Positions 20,201-32,480 of a stretch of DNA of 64,000 nt are shown here, piece after piece; position 1 is the stretch's first letter, and each line of letters begins with the position of its first letter. The notes under the pieces are model-generated. The model saw only the letters and a program-made list of their open reading frames with translations, had not been told where the DNA came from and ran no database searches. Made by a program: the position numbers and the translations under genes. Origin of the DNA: Tubulanus polymorphus (Eukaryota; Animalia; Nemertea). The DNA lies in assembly GCF_964204645.1 (NCBI RefSeq), contig NC_134025.1, positions 27,446,299 to 27,510,298 of the forward strand. Reading direction: 5' to 3'.

Positions 20201-23200
20201 TATTCAAAAGATTTTAACACAGGCTTAAACTGCAAATAACCCTCTTTAACTTCAGTGAAAATAGGAAATATAGCTTGAAGAGATACTTAGATATTTTGAA
20301 ATTAATAAATATTGCGATTTCTTTTACGCACGGTTTAGATATGCGGTCCTTGGTTTCACATCGTCAGTGTTCTCAATAGTTGAGTTCAAAAATTCCAAGA
20401 ATCGCCAGCAAATATCTGCATTTAATTTCCTTTAAAATGGTGTATAAATCGATTTCGTCGAGCAAGGGACTGCAGAACTATATGATATTCAATCTAAACT
20501 TATGTTTTAAAAATGAGCGCAAATTATCGCAACAATGGGGACCTCGCGGGACCGCCACAAAATGGCGCCTAGAAACTGGAAACTTCTTTATTGATAACAC
20601 TGGCCAGATTGGGATTTATCATAATCAGAAATAGAGATCACCACTATGAGTTTTATGTTCTATCGTATCCGATGTGTTTTGGTGGTTTTCATTAGGCATT
20701 ATTGGTTTATTTCCCATGTGCGCTATGATTTGTTGCAATCTATTTCTGAAATAAATAGATGAAAAGATTTAGGCGTGGGCAATAGCGAGGCTTTCCCGTA
20801 CTACAGGGATCTGTTATCACGAGTCTACAGTACTCAAACGTCTTTTAATTCTTCTGAACTTAGAGTTATTGAAGGGTAGTTTCGCACCACAACGACGGTG
20901 CAATTTTGATGATGGCTTTGATGGTTAGCTTTGAGAATCGTAGGTTCATGCACGCGAGAGTGCATCTTTATGGCAATGTCTCATAGAGATAGCTTGTTAT
21001 CCCACTCGGTATCGAGAATACACGTGTTTTAACGATCTAAAAGAACTCTCCCATGGTGATATTCGTTTTCTATCCTCTCCTCCGTGACGATTAACATATA
21101 AAATTCTTAATTTTACACGCAACAGGTTGATCATTGGAAGTCACGTTCAGCGTATAGAACCTCTAACGTTTAAACACAACTTGAACCTTAGACAGTTGTA
21201 AGTATAACGTTTGATTTCCGATTAGAATCCCCAATCTTCAGTGATTGTTAATGTACCATCTAAAGTGTATCATCGGATCATCTTAAAACTATAAAGACTA
21301 CCGCACACAATATTTTTCGGCTTAGATAGAATTACCGATTATTTTCGGCTCAGACAAAGCCTGCACTCGCAAATAATGTTTTACAGTGACTGTTAAAAAA
21401 ATATAAATCCGGCTTAATATACGATAGATGTCTAAATATCATCTTCCAACGCTTGTTGATTCTAGCAGCATACGAGAAGAAAACATTCGTTGTATCGTTT
21501 CGCCAGCTAATGTATCCTAGTCTTCCTCGTAAAAACAGTAATAAGTTCATTGTGGTGTGAGAATAGCCAAAGATCAAAGATATCGTGCTGGAAAAAGTCC
21601 ATGTACGACTAGAGCGGGAAACAGAATTTGTTTCCTTCGTTAGATGAAAACTGATTAAATGTCAAAGCGGAAATTTGTTTTCGGCGAAAGGAGTAATCAA
21701 TGCACATGCCTCAAAGCGAATCGCTAGCTTATATCTTGGACCGATTGTTTGTTTCTTATTCAAATGACTGTTTTTTAAGTTCAAATCGTGACATCTATCG
21801 AATAAGATAAACAAATTATTTTACAGGATTCTGGCAGCTAATGAACTCAGCAATTTCGAAAACTGTACGTTTTGTTCACCGAACAATCTACGGGAATTGT
21901 AAGTCCTTCACAGACTTATGTTATCCGATATACAATGAAAATTATAGTACTCAAAACTGACTTTAAAAGCTTGATCTGTGTTTAAGAGATTTGACTGGAA
22001 ATGGATTCAGTTCGCTAGAAACTGGCGTGTTTGATGGTTTAAGCAGCGTCAAAGTTCTGTAAGTCGAATAAAAGGTGTGATTTGTAAAGAAACAAGTTTT
22101 GAAGGCTGCCTGGTTTTTGAAAATAATACGCGTGAATCTAATTTTCAGAAAACTGGAACGAAACGCTATGAAAGAAATCAAGGGTTCCGCATTTCGCCAT
22201 CTGCACTCTCTGGAGAATCTGTAAGAATCTCAGATCAATTCATTTATATCATTTATTGAATGTTTTGGGGGTTTGGGTATGAAAGTAGCCTACGATCGTG
22301 CACCATTACGAAAATTGTTACACCAAATGAATTATACATTCTTTCGTTAGGTACCTCGGATGTAATGAATTAGACAGTATAAACGTAAATGTATTTAGAT
22401 ATTTACCCAGTCTGCGATCGTTGTAAGTAAAAACCATATCTACATTCTAAGAATTGTAAAGATTATAGAATATGGTTGCATGCAAGGTTGATAATAAGGA
22501 AATAGATTTCTAATAAAGAATAATATGATCCCACCATAGATTCCTAGAGGAGAATAGAATTGGTCACATATCGGATGGAGCTTTCACTTACCAACAGCAG
22601 CTCCGTACTTTGTAAGTTGAAATTACGTTTGAAAATCACAGCAAAAGTCTAATCTCGTATAATAATTAGTTATAAGGTTATTCATTTATTTTCTTTGTTC
22701 AGAGGACTTGCGAATAATCAATTGAAAACTGTGAGGCTTCGTACGTTTGGAAATCTCCGCAATCTCAAAAACTTGTACGTAGCTTCTGCGGAGTTAACAA
22801 TGATTTTTCTGAATTCTCCATCGACAGATGGATCATTTATATCGCATATTATCATCATTCGTTGCAGGAACCTCTGGCGAAATCGAATCAGTACGATAGA
22901 AGCCGGTGCTTTCAATGATACCATATCACTTACATCGCTGTGAGTAACCTTTCGATGAAACGTGAAATACGACAGAGTTGAATCAGATTACACCTTTTGT
23001 TGACTGTACGTCAGAACATGGACGTATAAACTAGTTTATGCGTCCATGGTCAGAAAAACTAAGGATTTCACAGCAGAAGTTGCTCTTTGTCACAATGACG
23101 GTGGTTATACAACCTGTGAAACGTCACTGAGAAATTGATTTCTGTTTTTAGCTCTTTAGAAAGTAATCACATCAACTCCTTACCGAACGGTTTATTCAAT

Positions 23201-25210
23201 GCTTGCCAAAATCTAACCCACATGTAAGTTGTTAAAGCAATATACCGGATTTAGAGATTTCGATGTCTTCACAGTCGCCGCAGTTGTTATACATGTATAT
23301 GAATATAAGATTTATGATATTTTTGCTTTGTAGATATTTCGACAAATTTCAGCTGTGTTTGTATGCCCGTCACGTACGTGTATGCATGCCAAAAGGAGAT
23401 GGAATATCAAGCCACAAACATTTACTGGCTAATGTATTTCTCCGCGTGACTGTCTGGATAGTAGCCATCTTGTCCTGTCTGGGCAACTCGGTCGTGCTAC
23501 TGGGTCGATTTTTACTACACGAAAACAACAAGACCCACTCGTTGTTCATAAAGAATCTTGCGTTCGCGGATTTCCTCATGGGACTATATCTTTTCATTAT
23601 AGCTAGTTATGATGTCAAATATAGACAAAATTATCTGTATCACGAACGTGAATGGCGACTAAGCTGGCAATGCGACGTCAGTGGAGTAATAAGTACACTT
23701 AGCTGCGAAGTGAGCGTGTTGATACTAACAGTCATCACCCTTGATCGTTATGTCTGTGTCACGCACCCATTTATATCAAATAAGAGGAGTCTTGGTCTTG
23801 CATACGTAATAGCGGCTATAATCTGGCTCTTGAGTATTCTTCTGGCAGTGATCCCTGTCGTAAAAATACCTTATTTCGGCGAAAGTTATTACAACACAAA
23901 TGGAGCTTGTTTGCCGCTCCACATACATGAACCATTTGGTCGAGGATGGGAATATTCCGCGTTCGTTTTCATCGGTATAAACTCACTAGCCTTCGTGTTC
24001 ATTGTCTACGCTTATGCGATGATGTTTTACTTGATAAAGAAGTCAAACATATCAATACGTTCAACAAGTGTGAATCACGAGGCATCCATTGCTCGTAGAT
24101 TCTCATTCATAATATTCTCAGACGCTACATGTTGGACTCCGATAATCATTATCAAGATTTTAGCTTTATCAGGTAAGGCTAGACTTATACAGTCCAAACA
24201 CCCGTTTGTGGCGGAAAAAATGCGCATGCAGTTTTACAACCAGAGTCTATATTTTAATAACCAAACAATTCTGTAAAACACCGACATTTCTGCGGGTGAA
24301 ATATGATGGAAATACCATAAAAATCATCATGTAGATTTTATGGGTGATCTTTTGAAGTTTGTTCTGGGTTTCTCGCTTTAAATATCAAGCCCTAATTGAA
24401 TTCATCCGGCATATGCTCGAGTTGTAAAAGAGGCACGCATTCCCGTTATATGCGTACATGATGATGTATGACCCAATGATAAACCATTTATCTATAATAC
24501 CACCCTATTTCGAGTCAAAATATTGTATCAGAACACCCACATAAATCGAATGAAATAAACTACGTTCAAAGAATTTGTCTTGACAGATACTATTTTTCAG
24601 GTTTACACATAGATAAGAATTTGCATGCTTGGGTAGCTGTGTTTATTCTGCCTGTGAACAGTGCTTTAAATCCGATCATATATACGCTAACAACGAAACT
24701 TTTTAAAGAGCATTTGATACGCCGAATCTATTACATCTGTCGGAGACTTTTGTACTCGGAATCTTCGAGTTCTTGGACCGGAAGCGCAGTGCAGACGCGT
24801 CAAGCAATGGAACAAATACACTTCGTGCCAGGCCGAAACAACCAGAATCTAAGACAAATAGATGAAATTCCTATGGGGAGTCTTTTTCTTACATTAAAGC
24901 AGTCTTCTTAGTAATCATTAGACTCACGTTACAAACGATTCTTACATAAAAAGATTCTCGATCACATTGCGCATGATTTTTCCATTTTCAGGGTAACAAA
25001 CAAGAGAAAGTTCCCTGGTGGAAGAAAGCGCCAAAAGAACCCATACAGAAATGGTCTTTTACAAGCGATTCAAACGGATACATACAGTGTAGATACAGTA
25101 GCAAACATGACGTTGATACACGTCGGCAAACGCGTTCGACTGGTAGCCTTTCGTTTACTAATAAAAAACAACCCAAGTGCAATAGATACGCGGTATCCGT
25201 GACACAATGA
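14204..25210 (+). CDS. Relaxin/insulin-like peptide receptor, LGR type C1 (single LDLa + LRRs + 7TM; RXFP1/2, Lgr3/4-like)
   Basis: Signal exon 14204-14282; LDLa exon ~16076-16225 (CKEGTFPC..CIPQRKMCDGVHDCSDGTDEHDC); LRRNT ~17623-17732; eleven ~72-nt phase-2 LRR exons (~18514, 21126, 21827, 21987, 22149, 22351, 22541, 22703, 22868, 23152 and LRRNT-adjacent); hinge/7TM 23334-24172 (CLYARHVRVCMPKGDGISS, NLAFADFLMG, TLDRY, CLPLH) and 24601+ (LPVNSALNPIIYT). 3' end uncertain (stop at 24911, or a last exon ending 25202/25210). Confidence 0.92.
14997..15329. mobile_element. Decayed MITE-like element with imperfect terminal inverted repeats
   Basis: GCCTGT-GAATTTCATCAGCAAA (14997+) vs reverse complement GCCTGT(CATAGATAAGGC)GAATTTCATCGGCAAA ending 15329; internal GGCGAA/TTCGCC repeats. 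Confidence 0.4.
17787..18425. mobile_element. Non-autonomous DNA transposon with TAC...GTA termini and 6-bp TSD (IS3EU-type)
   Basis: TIR TACGGAAGAGCATTGCGGCC / GGTCGCAATGCTCTTCCGTA (19/20); TSD GAAGCG at 17781-17786 and 18426-18431; subterminal TCGAAA(C/T)TT(C/T)GA arrays. Confidence 0.8.
18827..20593. mobile_element. Long-TIR foldback element (~510-bp arms, ~730-bp spacer) in an LGR intron
   Basis: 18827-~19345 is the reverse complement of ~20078-20593 (CAATAAAGAAGTTTCCAGTTTCTAGGCGCCATTTTGTGGCGG..); the ORF track shows the same peptide on opposite strands (18882- and 20380+). Flanks TTA/ATA, so no perfect TSD. Confidence 0.85.
23017..23048. mobile_element. 32-bp palindrome with perfect 7-bp TSD (P-like footprint)
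   Basis: GTCAGAA|CATGGACGTATAAACT-AGTTTATGCGTCCATG|GTCAGAA. Confidence 0.75.
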
Positions 25211-25654
25211 CAAACTGAATAGGATTTTAATGTGGAAACAATTCCTCTAATCGAACAGTGATTAAAACGATTTGAGAATCTATTTGTATATCATATATTT
25301 ATATTCAACGTAATTGGGATTAAATGTTATGAATGTCTCTTCTGTGAATCCTTGAAAAAGATGTGATTTATTTTGCTCATGTTGTAGTGCTTGTATTTGT
25401 AATAAAAGGGTTCTTGAATAACTTCAATCAGTCTTCGCGTATTTCAGCTAGAATTTGATGCACTATCTATAAATTCCGACGTTAATTTAATTATAGTGCT
25501 GTCCTAGATTTATAAGAAACAATGCACGGAAATTGACTTATTAGGCATTCAAAGATTCGTCTGTGTAGCTGATTTGTTCGGTGGTAGAGAGCACAGGTCA
25601 GAGGAAAACGGACCTCGATTTATTCGACTTTAACATCAATACAACAAACTAGAG

Positions 25655-27870
25655 ATGCTGTCGATACTGATGCGGCAAATTTGGACAGTAGTCCTGATAA
25701 TTACTGCATCAGCGGCTAAAGATACAGGTAAAACGTTATATTAACAAAATCTACACGATAGTTACGCTTGACTGTTGCATTTCAAGATTAATGAAATATT
25801 GATACATTTTGGCTATCCAAATAATACATATATCCAATCTGATATTCCATTAATATGAAATATCAATTATGATATTGTGAATATATGTCGTGAGTGAATA
25901 TAAAAAGTTCATTTGTACAATTGAATTTTTAGTGTACTATAACGAGCAACATAGATTGATTGATAACATCTTGAAAGATTACAAGTCTTCTATAGCGCCG
26001 ACCAAAGACCCAGCGGGCGTAATTGATATTTGGATCAACCACGAACCAACCAGAATACTATGGACCGTTAGTTATTAACAAAACCACTGAATATGAATAT
26101 ATACATGGATGTGCTTGGTATCATATCTCTTTTTCGCCTTCTCGTAATATCTAGGCTGTAGGTGAAGGGTATACATACATGAAGTTCTGGATTGATTTGG
26201 TAAGAATGGAATTATATTGAATTGAATAATAAAAAAACGGTAGACAAGTAAAAGATACATTGAAACTTGATACGGTAGGAATGGAAGGACGAGAGATTGA
26301 AATGGGATGAAAAAAACTTCACTGGTGTGGAAAAGGTTTTGATAGATCCTGGCAAACTTTGGAAACCCGATATTGTATCCTACAGTGTGTAAGTGGTATT
26401 AGCATCAGGAATACACAATAGCATGGATTGACGGAGGTCGTCGTTCTTCGGAAATTTTGATGACTGCATCTCTATAATAGTCCTTTAATCATTGTGTATT
26501 TCGTTTAGTGATGATGGTATTCAGAACGTACGCTTCCGTTCTGCTTTGGCAGTAAGTAGCGATGGAACACTTAGATACAGCGATTCTTACAACATGTGGT
26601 TCATGTGTGATAAAGAAATTAACCATTTTCCCTACGACAGTCAAGTATGTCCAATCAAACTTATATCAAGAGAGCAACAGGTGAAACTTGATTTTTACTC
26701 AGTGATCGTTTTTTAAGAAAAAAAAGATACACGGTGTCTGAATATTCCGATCAGAAAGTAAACCCGAACACTAATATGGATGTATAGCCCTTCTTTCCTG
26801 TAGCTTTCTTACAGACTGACACGACGATCTCGAAAGAAACGCCTAGAAAACCAGGATTTTCCAGAATGGAGCCTTGAGAGCTCGAAACCAAAAGTTGGAT
26901 ACTTTCTAAGACAACGACCGGACGATGTTGCTTATACTGATATCAGTTACGATATTACGCTAAAAAGAAATCCGACATTCTACGTGGCAACTTTAGTCGT
27001 TCCGGGAACTCTTCTTTCTATCGTTATACCATTTATATTTCTGATTTCGGGTGAAACCAACGAGAAATCGTACATCGGTTAGTGGTACATTCTCAAACAG
27101 TATTCAAAATGATAGTCACGAAAAGCCATCATAAACGTATCGGTAATCCATTTTCAGGTAGCGCTGTAACTATCGGTTATCTATTACTATTGGTGATCAC
27201 AGATGCGATATTTCCTCTCTCTAGTGGCAACCCACCGAATCTGAGTACGTAGCTATTCGATACGTGTATATTATTCATGTGAGTTAGATGAAGGTGAAAA
27301 TAGAACATGAAAATATTTCAATATTTCACATCGGACAAGGTCATCCAGTCCGTTTCCAAGAAGGGATTGATGCCATCAGTTTATTGAAAACAATCTGGCC
27401 TTGTACGGTAATAAGACCATTCAGGAAAAAAATATCTTTGTGCCTTTTCAGTTGTAATGTTCTCGGCGAATATCGTGATTACACTAGTGGTGCTAATCAT
27501 CTCGGTATTTCTCGATTATATATGTATTTTGGAAGGTACCAGAACTGCTCCGCAATTTTTCGATAAGGTAAAACTCCCAACTTGCTTTAAATCGGAAAAG
27601 TCTTTTCTTTCAAATTCCATTAGCTACCTATGTATTCAACATAGACGACTTCTTTTGTAGTTCGTTGTCGGCGTTTTTGGAAAACCATTGCGCATAGAGC
27701 GCCCACTGCCAGCGATTCCTACCAATGATCAAACGACTTCTAATGCTGACCAAACCGCTACCCATGCAGCTGACTGGAGTTTGGTTGTAAAAACTTTAAA
27801 CAGGCTGTTGTTTGCTGTGTTCTTCACACTCGAAATAATCATTATAGTGATCACGCGTGCATTACCATAA
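25655..27870 (+). CDS. Cys-loop ligand-gated ion channel subunit (nAChR-related, non-alpha, divergent)
   Basis: Exons ~25655-25727, 25933-26067, 26155-26199 (45 nt), 26279-26388 (110 nt; EWKDERLKW..LWKPDIVSY), 26509-26680 (Cys-loop CDKEINHFPYDSQVC), 26803-27077 (KRNPTFY, M1), 27158-27244, ~27452-27567, 27661-27870 (DWSLVVKTLNRLLF, M4). The 45/110-nt exons match nAChR gene structure. Confidence 0.88.
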
Positions 27871-28213
27871 AAGTGCCGCTTACTTATTCTCCACCATTTG
27901 TACGGTACATGTATTTCCGAATAAAAATGTGCATACTGTGAAAAAAATTGCAAATCACTGGATTACTGGAGCAATTTCCTTCTTGAATGAATTTACGAAA
28001 TCAGAAAATATGTAGCACTGAGATCATGCGAAGTTGTCGCCGTCGTCGGCGCGGCGAAGAAACGACCGGCTCGGCTTACTGTACCGTAGTCCGTGATTCG
28101 AGTCCGGGTCAACGTCCGTTACGGTCTTCACTTCTCAAGGTCGCGGACTTCAATTTTATTTTCAATCATCTGTAAATTTAGACCCAGTTTTTATTGACCC
28201 TTACTGATTTGAC

Positions 28214-31063
28214 ATGGATCTGCGGGGTCGTACTTGCCCTGTAAAATGTTCATCAATATCTGAGGCGTGTGAATTTGGAAAAGCTGAAGATTTAAGATGT
28301 CTATTGGCTCAAGGTAAAAACCAAAACTAAAAGTTTTTTTGGCTTGCTCGACCTCCCCTTGGCTGTCCCGCTGTAGTGTAAGTGTAATAATTCAGTTGTT
28401 TGCAAGTTGGATTGAGTAGCCCTACTAAGAGTAGGCCTGTCATCCACCCATGGGTTGAATGAATGGCCCTTTCGTTAGATGAACTACAAACTTTGAGAAC
28501 CTTGTCCTTGGCAATTTAAACTTTTTGTGGGACAAAGCTGCAATGAATAATGACCTTGTCATTTTTAGTGGCCTAATCCTTGGTAGCTTTAATAATGGGG
28601 TTGGTTCTAATGTGTTTGTGAGATCTAAAGCAAAACTAAACCATATATGGTAACTGATCATGACTTGTATTTACCCAACTACATTAGCTGAAACTACATA
28701 GATTTCTGATACTATAGTGAATGATGTACCTACAAGTTCTGGGAATTATGGCAAGAAATACAAGACCACAAATACATGTCGGTCTATCAGAGAGTACTAT
28801 TTTTTCTTTTGCTGTTATCAATTCAGGCATGCCTGTCGATGTCCAAGATAATTGCGGCTGGCGCCCCATTCATAAAGCTGCTCTTAAGAATCATACTGAT
28901 TGCTTAAAGATTCTAATTGACCAAGGTAAGGTAGCTTATGATCTTATATATAACCTTTAGCCAGGCCTACCTAAAAATTTAGCTGTGAGCCTGAAAGTCT
29001 TGCTTAGCCTGAAAGTCTCAAATTGAATGTGATTGATGAATTTTCTGTTTCAGGGGAATCTGAGATTAACTGGCGTGGTTATGAATACGATACTCCACTG
29101 TTCTTAGCTGTTAAAGCTGGTGCCGTTGAATCCACGCATATATTGCTTAAATATGAAGCCGACTGCAATCTAACTGATCATATGCAATCATCTCCGCTCC
29201 ATATAGGTGCCGCAAAAATAAATGCAGTTGTCTTCCGTAACTCAAGCAATTGCTTAAGTAACAGTTCTGTTTTCTCTTCGTAGCTTGTGAAAACCGCGAT
29301 TTCAAAATGATTCAACTTCTATTAACCCATGGAGCGTCGGTGAATGCAGTTGATTTCAATGGAGAGACGCCTTTATTTCATACAATCAGACACCAACCTT
29401 ATCATTCAGCGGTTACATCAATAGTTTCGCTGTTATTAGAATATGGCACAAAAATCGACCTTCAAGTTGATGATAATAACGCTACTGCCATATTTGAAGC
29501 GGCCATGTACGGATATGATGATGTTCTAAAACAATTGTTAGAATATGCAAGAAAAAATGGTAATTTTGTGATTACAAATGTTTCTTTTTTTCTCTAATAA
29601 GTTGCTCATTTATTATTTCAATGAATAAACAGAACAGTCACTTATACATGTATGCCCTTCTGTGCATAGTTTATTTAATACATCATACCTGATGAGGCTG
29701 CAGTGACTCTGTGAAATCTATCATGCTTTGCTATTATCAAGGATGAATTTTGTTATAGTTATGATTCTTTTGTGGTTTAATCGATCATTCGACTCTTTCC
29801 CTAAAAAAGTCAAAACAGTATTGTTGCCCTTAGTTAAAAATCCTTCATTAAACTCTAGACATTATTTTCAGGATTAGATGGATTAGTAGATGTGACAGCG
29901 TGTGATAATGCGTCTCCTCTTTATCTAGCAGCGCAGAATGGACACTTGGAATGCGTACGTTTATTGCTAAACTACGGAGCAGATGTGAATATTGTGTCGA
30001 ACGAACCTCGCGCAGTTGCTCTATACAGCGCTTTACAATTTCATAACATCGAAATAGCAAAACTAATCGTCGATAAAACCTCTATAGACGTGTTCAGTAA
30101 ATGTGACTTGGGACCATTCGAATATTCAACACTCAGCTGTGACACGACGATTCTAGAATCTCTCATCGAGAAAGGTTTAGACGTCAATCAACATTTCAAT
30201 TTTGAAGTGGAAGCCTTCATTCCGAGGATATTCAACATGTATCCATTTCCGTGGATGTATGATATTAAAGCTTCACCTTTAGTAGCCGTTATTCTAAGTG
30301 GTGGCGACTGGTCCCACAAACACGTTAAAATTTTGTTGCAAGCTGGTTCTCTTGCAAATTCTCAGTCGGCTTATGATTTGCCTCCATTGCTGGCTGCTTT
30401 ATCTTATGGAAAATATGAAGATGCCAAACTACTGTTAGAATACGGTGCTCATGTTAATATCTATCATCCAGGTATAGTGTTTAATGCTAGTATCTTAGTT
30501 TCGATACCATTTCCTCGAGTATTGAAGTTAATTCTATCACAAGGAGCTGAATTATCAACATTACTGTCGGCAATCATTGTCAAACATTGCACAACGACGA
30601 ATTCTTCACAGATACATCAGCTTGAAATCGACAAGGAATACTCGTGTTTTCACAGTCAAAGGATTAGTTTTTCGGTAGCGCTGGATATTGCCCGTTCGCG
30701 TAATGTATTACCTCCCGGATATGACATCGTGGATGTTATCAAAACAGTACTGGATTATTTACCGTCGAGAGGTATTGAACCAAGTTTTCTCGGACCTTTA
30801 ACTGACAAACACGATGTGAACGAATTGGAGAATCTGATGGGTAAGTTCATTAAACAAACAATATGGTATGATATGCGTATTTGAAAAATAACTGATTTTT
30901 TTTCAACCGTTTTTTTTTAGCTTCGCCGAGTTCATTGTTGCATTTAAGTCGTCTAAAAATTCGCAGTTGTATTTTACTCAAGGATCTTCAGACAGGGGCT
31001 GGGGTGAAAGTGCTTCAATTACCAGACCTACTTAAACAATATCTTCTGTATGATTTTACATAG
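28214..31063 (+). CDS. ASB3: Ankyrin repeat and SOCS box protein 3-like
   Basis: Exons ~28214-28313, 28827-28925 (GMPVDVQDNCGWRPIHKAALKNHTDCLKILI, like recalled ASB3 GRSVDVADNRGWMPIHEAA), 29054-29205, 29284-29559, 29871-30840, 30921-31063 (SOCS box PSSLLHLSRLKIR..LQLPDLLKQYLLY*). Confidence 0.8.
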
Positions 31064-32480
31064 ACCTCGATGTATATTCTAAATTGTGGATGTTATTTAG
31101 TTAAGTTGTATTCTGTATATTACGTTTCTCTTTGTGTACTTAAAAATGCATTTTTAGCATTTTCTTTTTATTCAAAATAAAGCACTTCTTCAGAACGTAA
31201 ATGCTTAAAAGTGTTGTTTTATAAATTTTCTCTGAAGAATGTAGGTGCCATTCTATAACCCGGATCTAAAATTCCGAGATCATGCTTACACTTGTGGCCC
31301 GTATGTGCCAAATATCACGGCCAAATTATCGCGAGTGACTGCTTAGTGGTTCTTGAAATGACTTACTTCGCTTTGTCACAGTATTGTTTAGTATCGAGTG
31401 AGTGATTTAGTGTGTATTAACTAATTAAGCGCGGACCAAATGTGACTGGTCTGGGTCAAATCGTCTCCGTGTAATCGCAGCTTATTCAAACTTAATCGTC
31501 ATTCATCCAACTTTTGATTGTCCACAGGCATCATGTGTGTTCAAGACAATTTTTCTAAAATGAACGAACAAATAAATTACAAACACCAGATTGGTGGACG
31601 TTCGAGGCTTTATATTGATGTGACATGGTATAAACTGGGGTTGATTGTGGAATACTTCATTTTGGAGTCCATGGAGTAACAAATCAAATTGAATCGTGGA
31701 CAATACGTCCATGTTTGATTAATGGAAAACTTAACACAATAGATTTTCGCCCTGCACACTATCTATTTATTACACGACACTCGCACCTCACCAGCTGTCT
31801 GAGTCTAAATATAGAACCTAAACTCTCTTTCGTTCTAGAGCCTATGTTCTAATGACAACAAAATCTAGCGTTCAGAAAATATGAATAACTTGCAAATCTA
31901 GAATATACAAACAATATAGCGGTATATTTGGTATATATCCGATCAAACCCTGATTTCTATAAATTAAGTTTAAAATTAAATCCAAATGGATGAATACATT
32001 AAAAACATAAATCAACACATTATCAATAGATTATAAATAGACTATTAATAGATTAAAAACCATACATTTTCTATAAATAATTAATTCCAAGTTTCTTATA
32101 GTCCAAATATCTTTTTCATACCTAGACACGTCCGGTACCATAAATTAACCTCGGTTGGCTTCTGCTGAGAAAGCTCAACATATTGTTTTGAATAAATAGA
32201 ATAAACCAAAAACTAATTTTTCATAGAAATATCACGAAGAGTGGGTGTTGTTCCACCCATTGAAATATCAACAAACTAGATAAGATATCTAAATCAGAAG
32301 TAAACAAATGTTGCGTAAACGCAGCGTTGTACGGCAAAAACACCCTGAAATACGTGCATCGTATGATGTGATAAGATTTGTAGATTATTGATTTGCACGT
32401 TATTCCGTAATCTAGAAGTTCTCATAAAACAAATTGTTATTAAAATGATCGAAAAGAATAATCAAAATCTAAAAAATAGT

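Noticed and set aside
18882-20634. Two ORFs with near-identical peptides on opposite strands
   Set aside because: By-product of the long inverted repeat; no transposase motifs.
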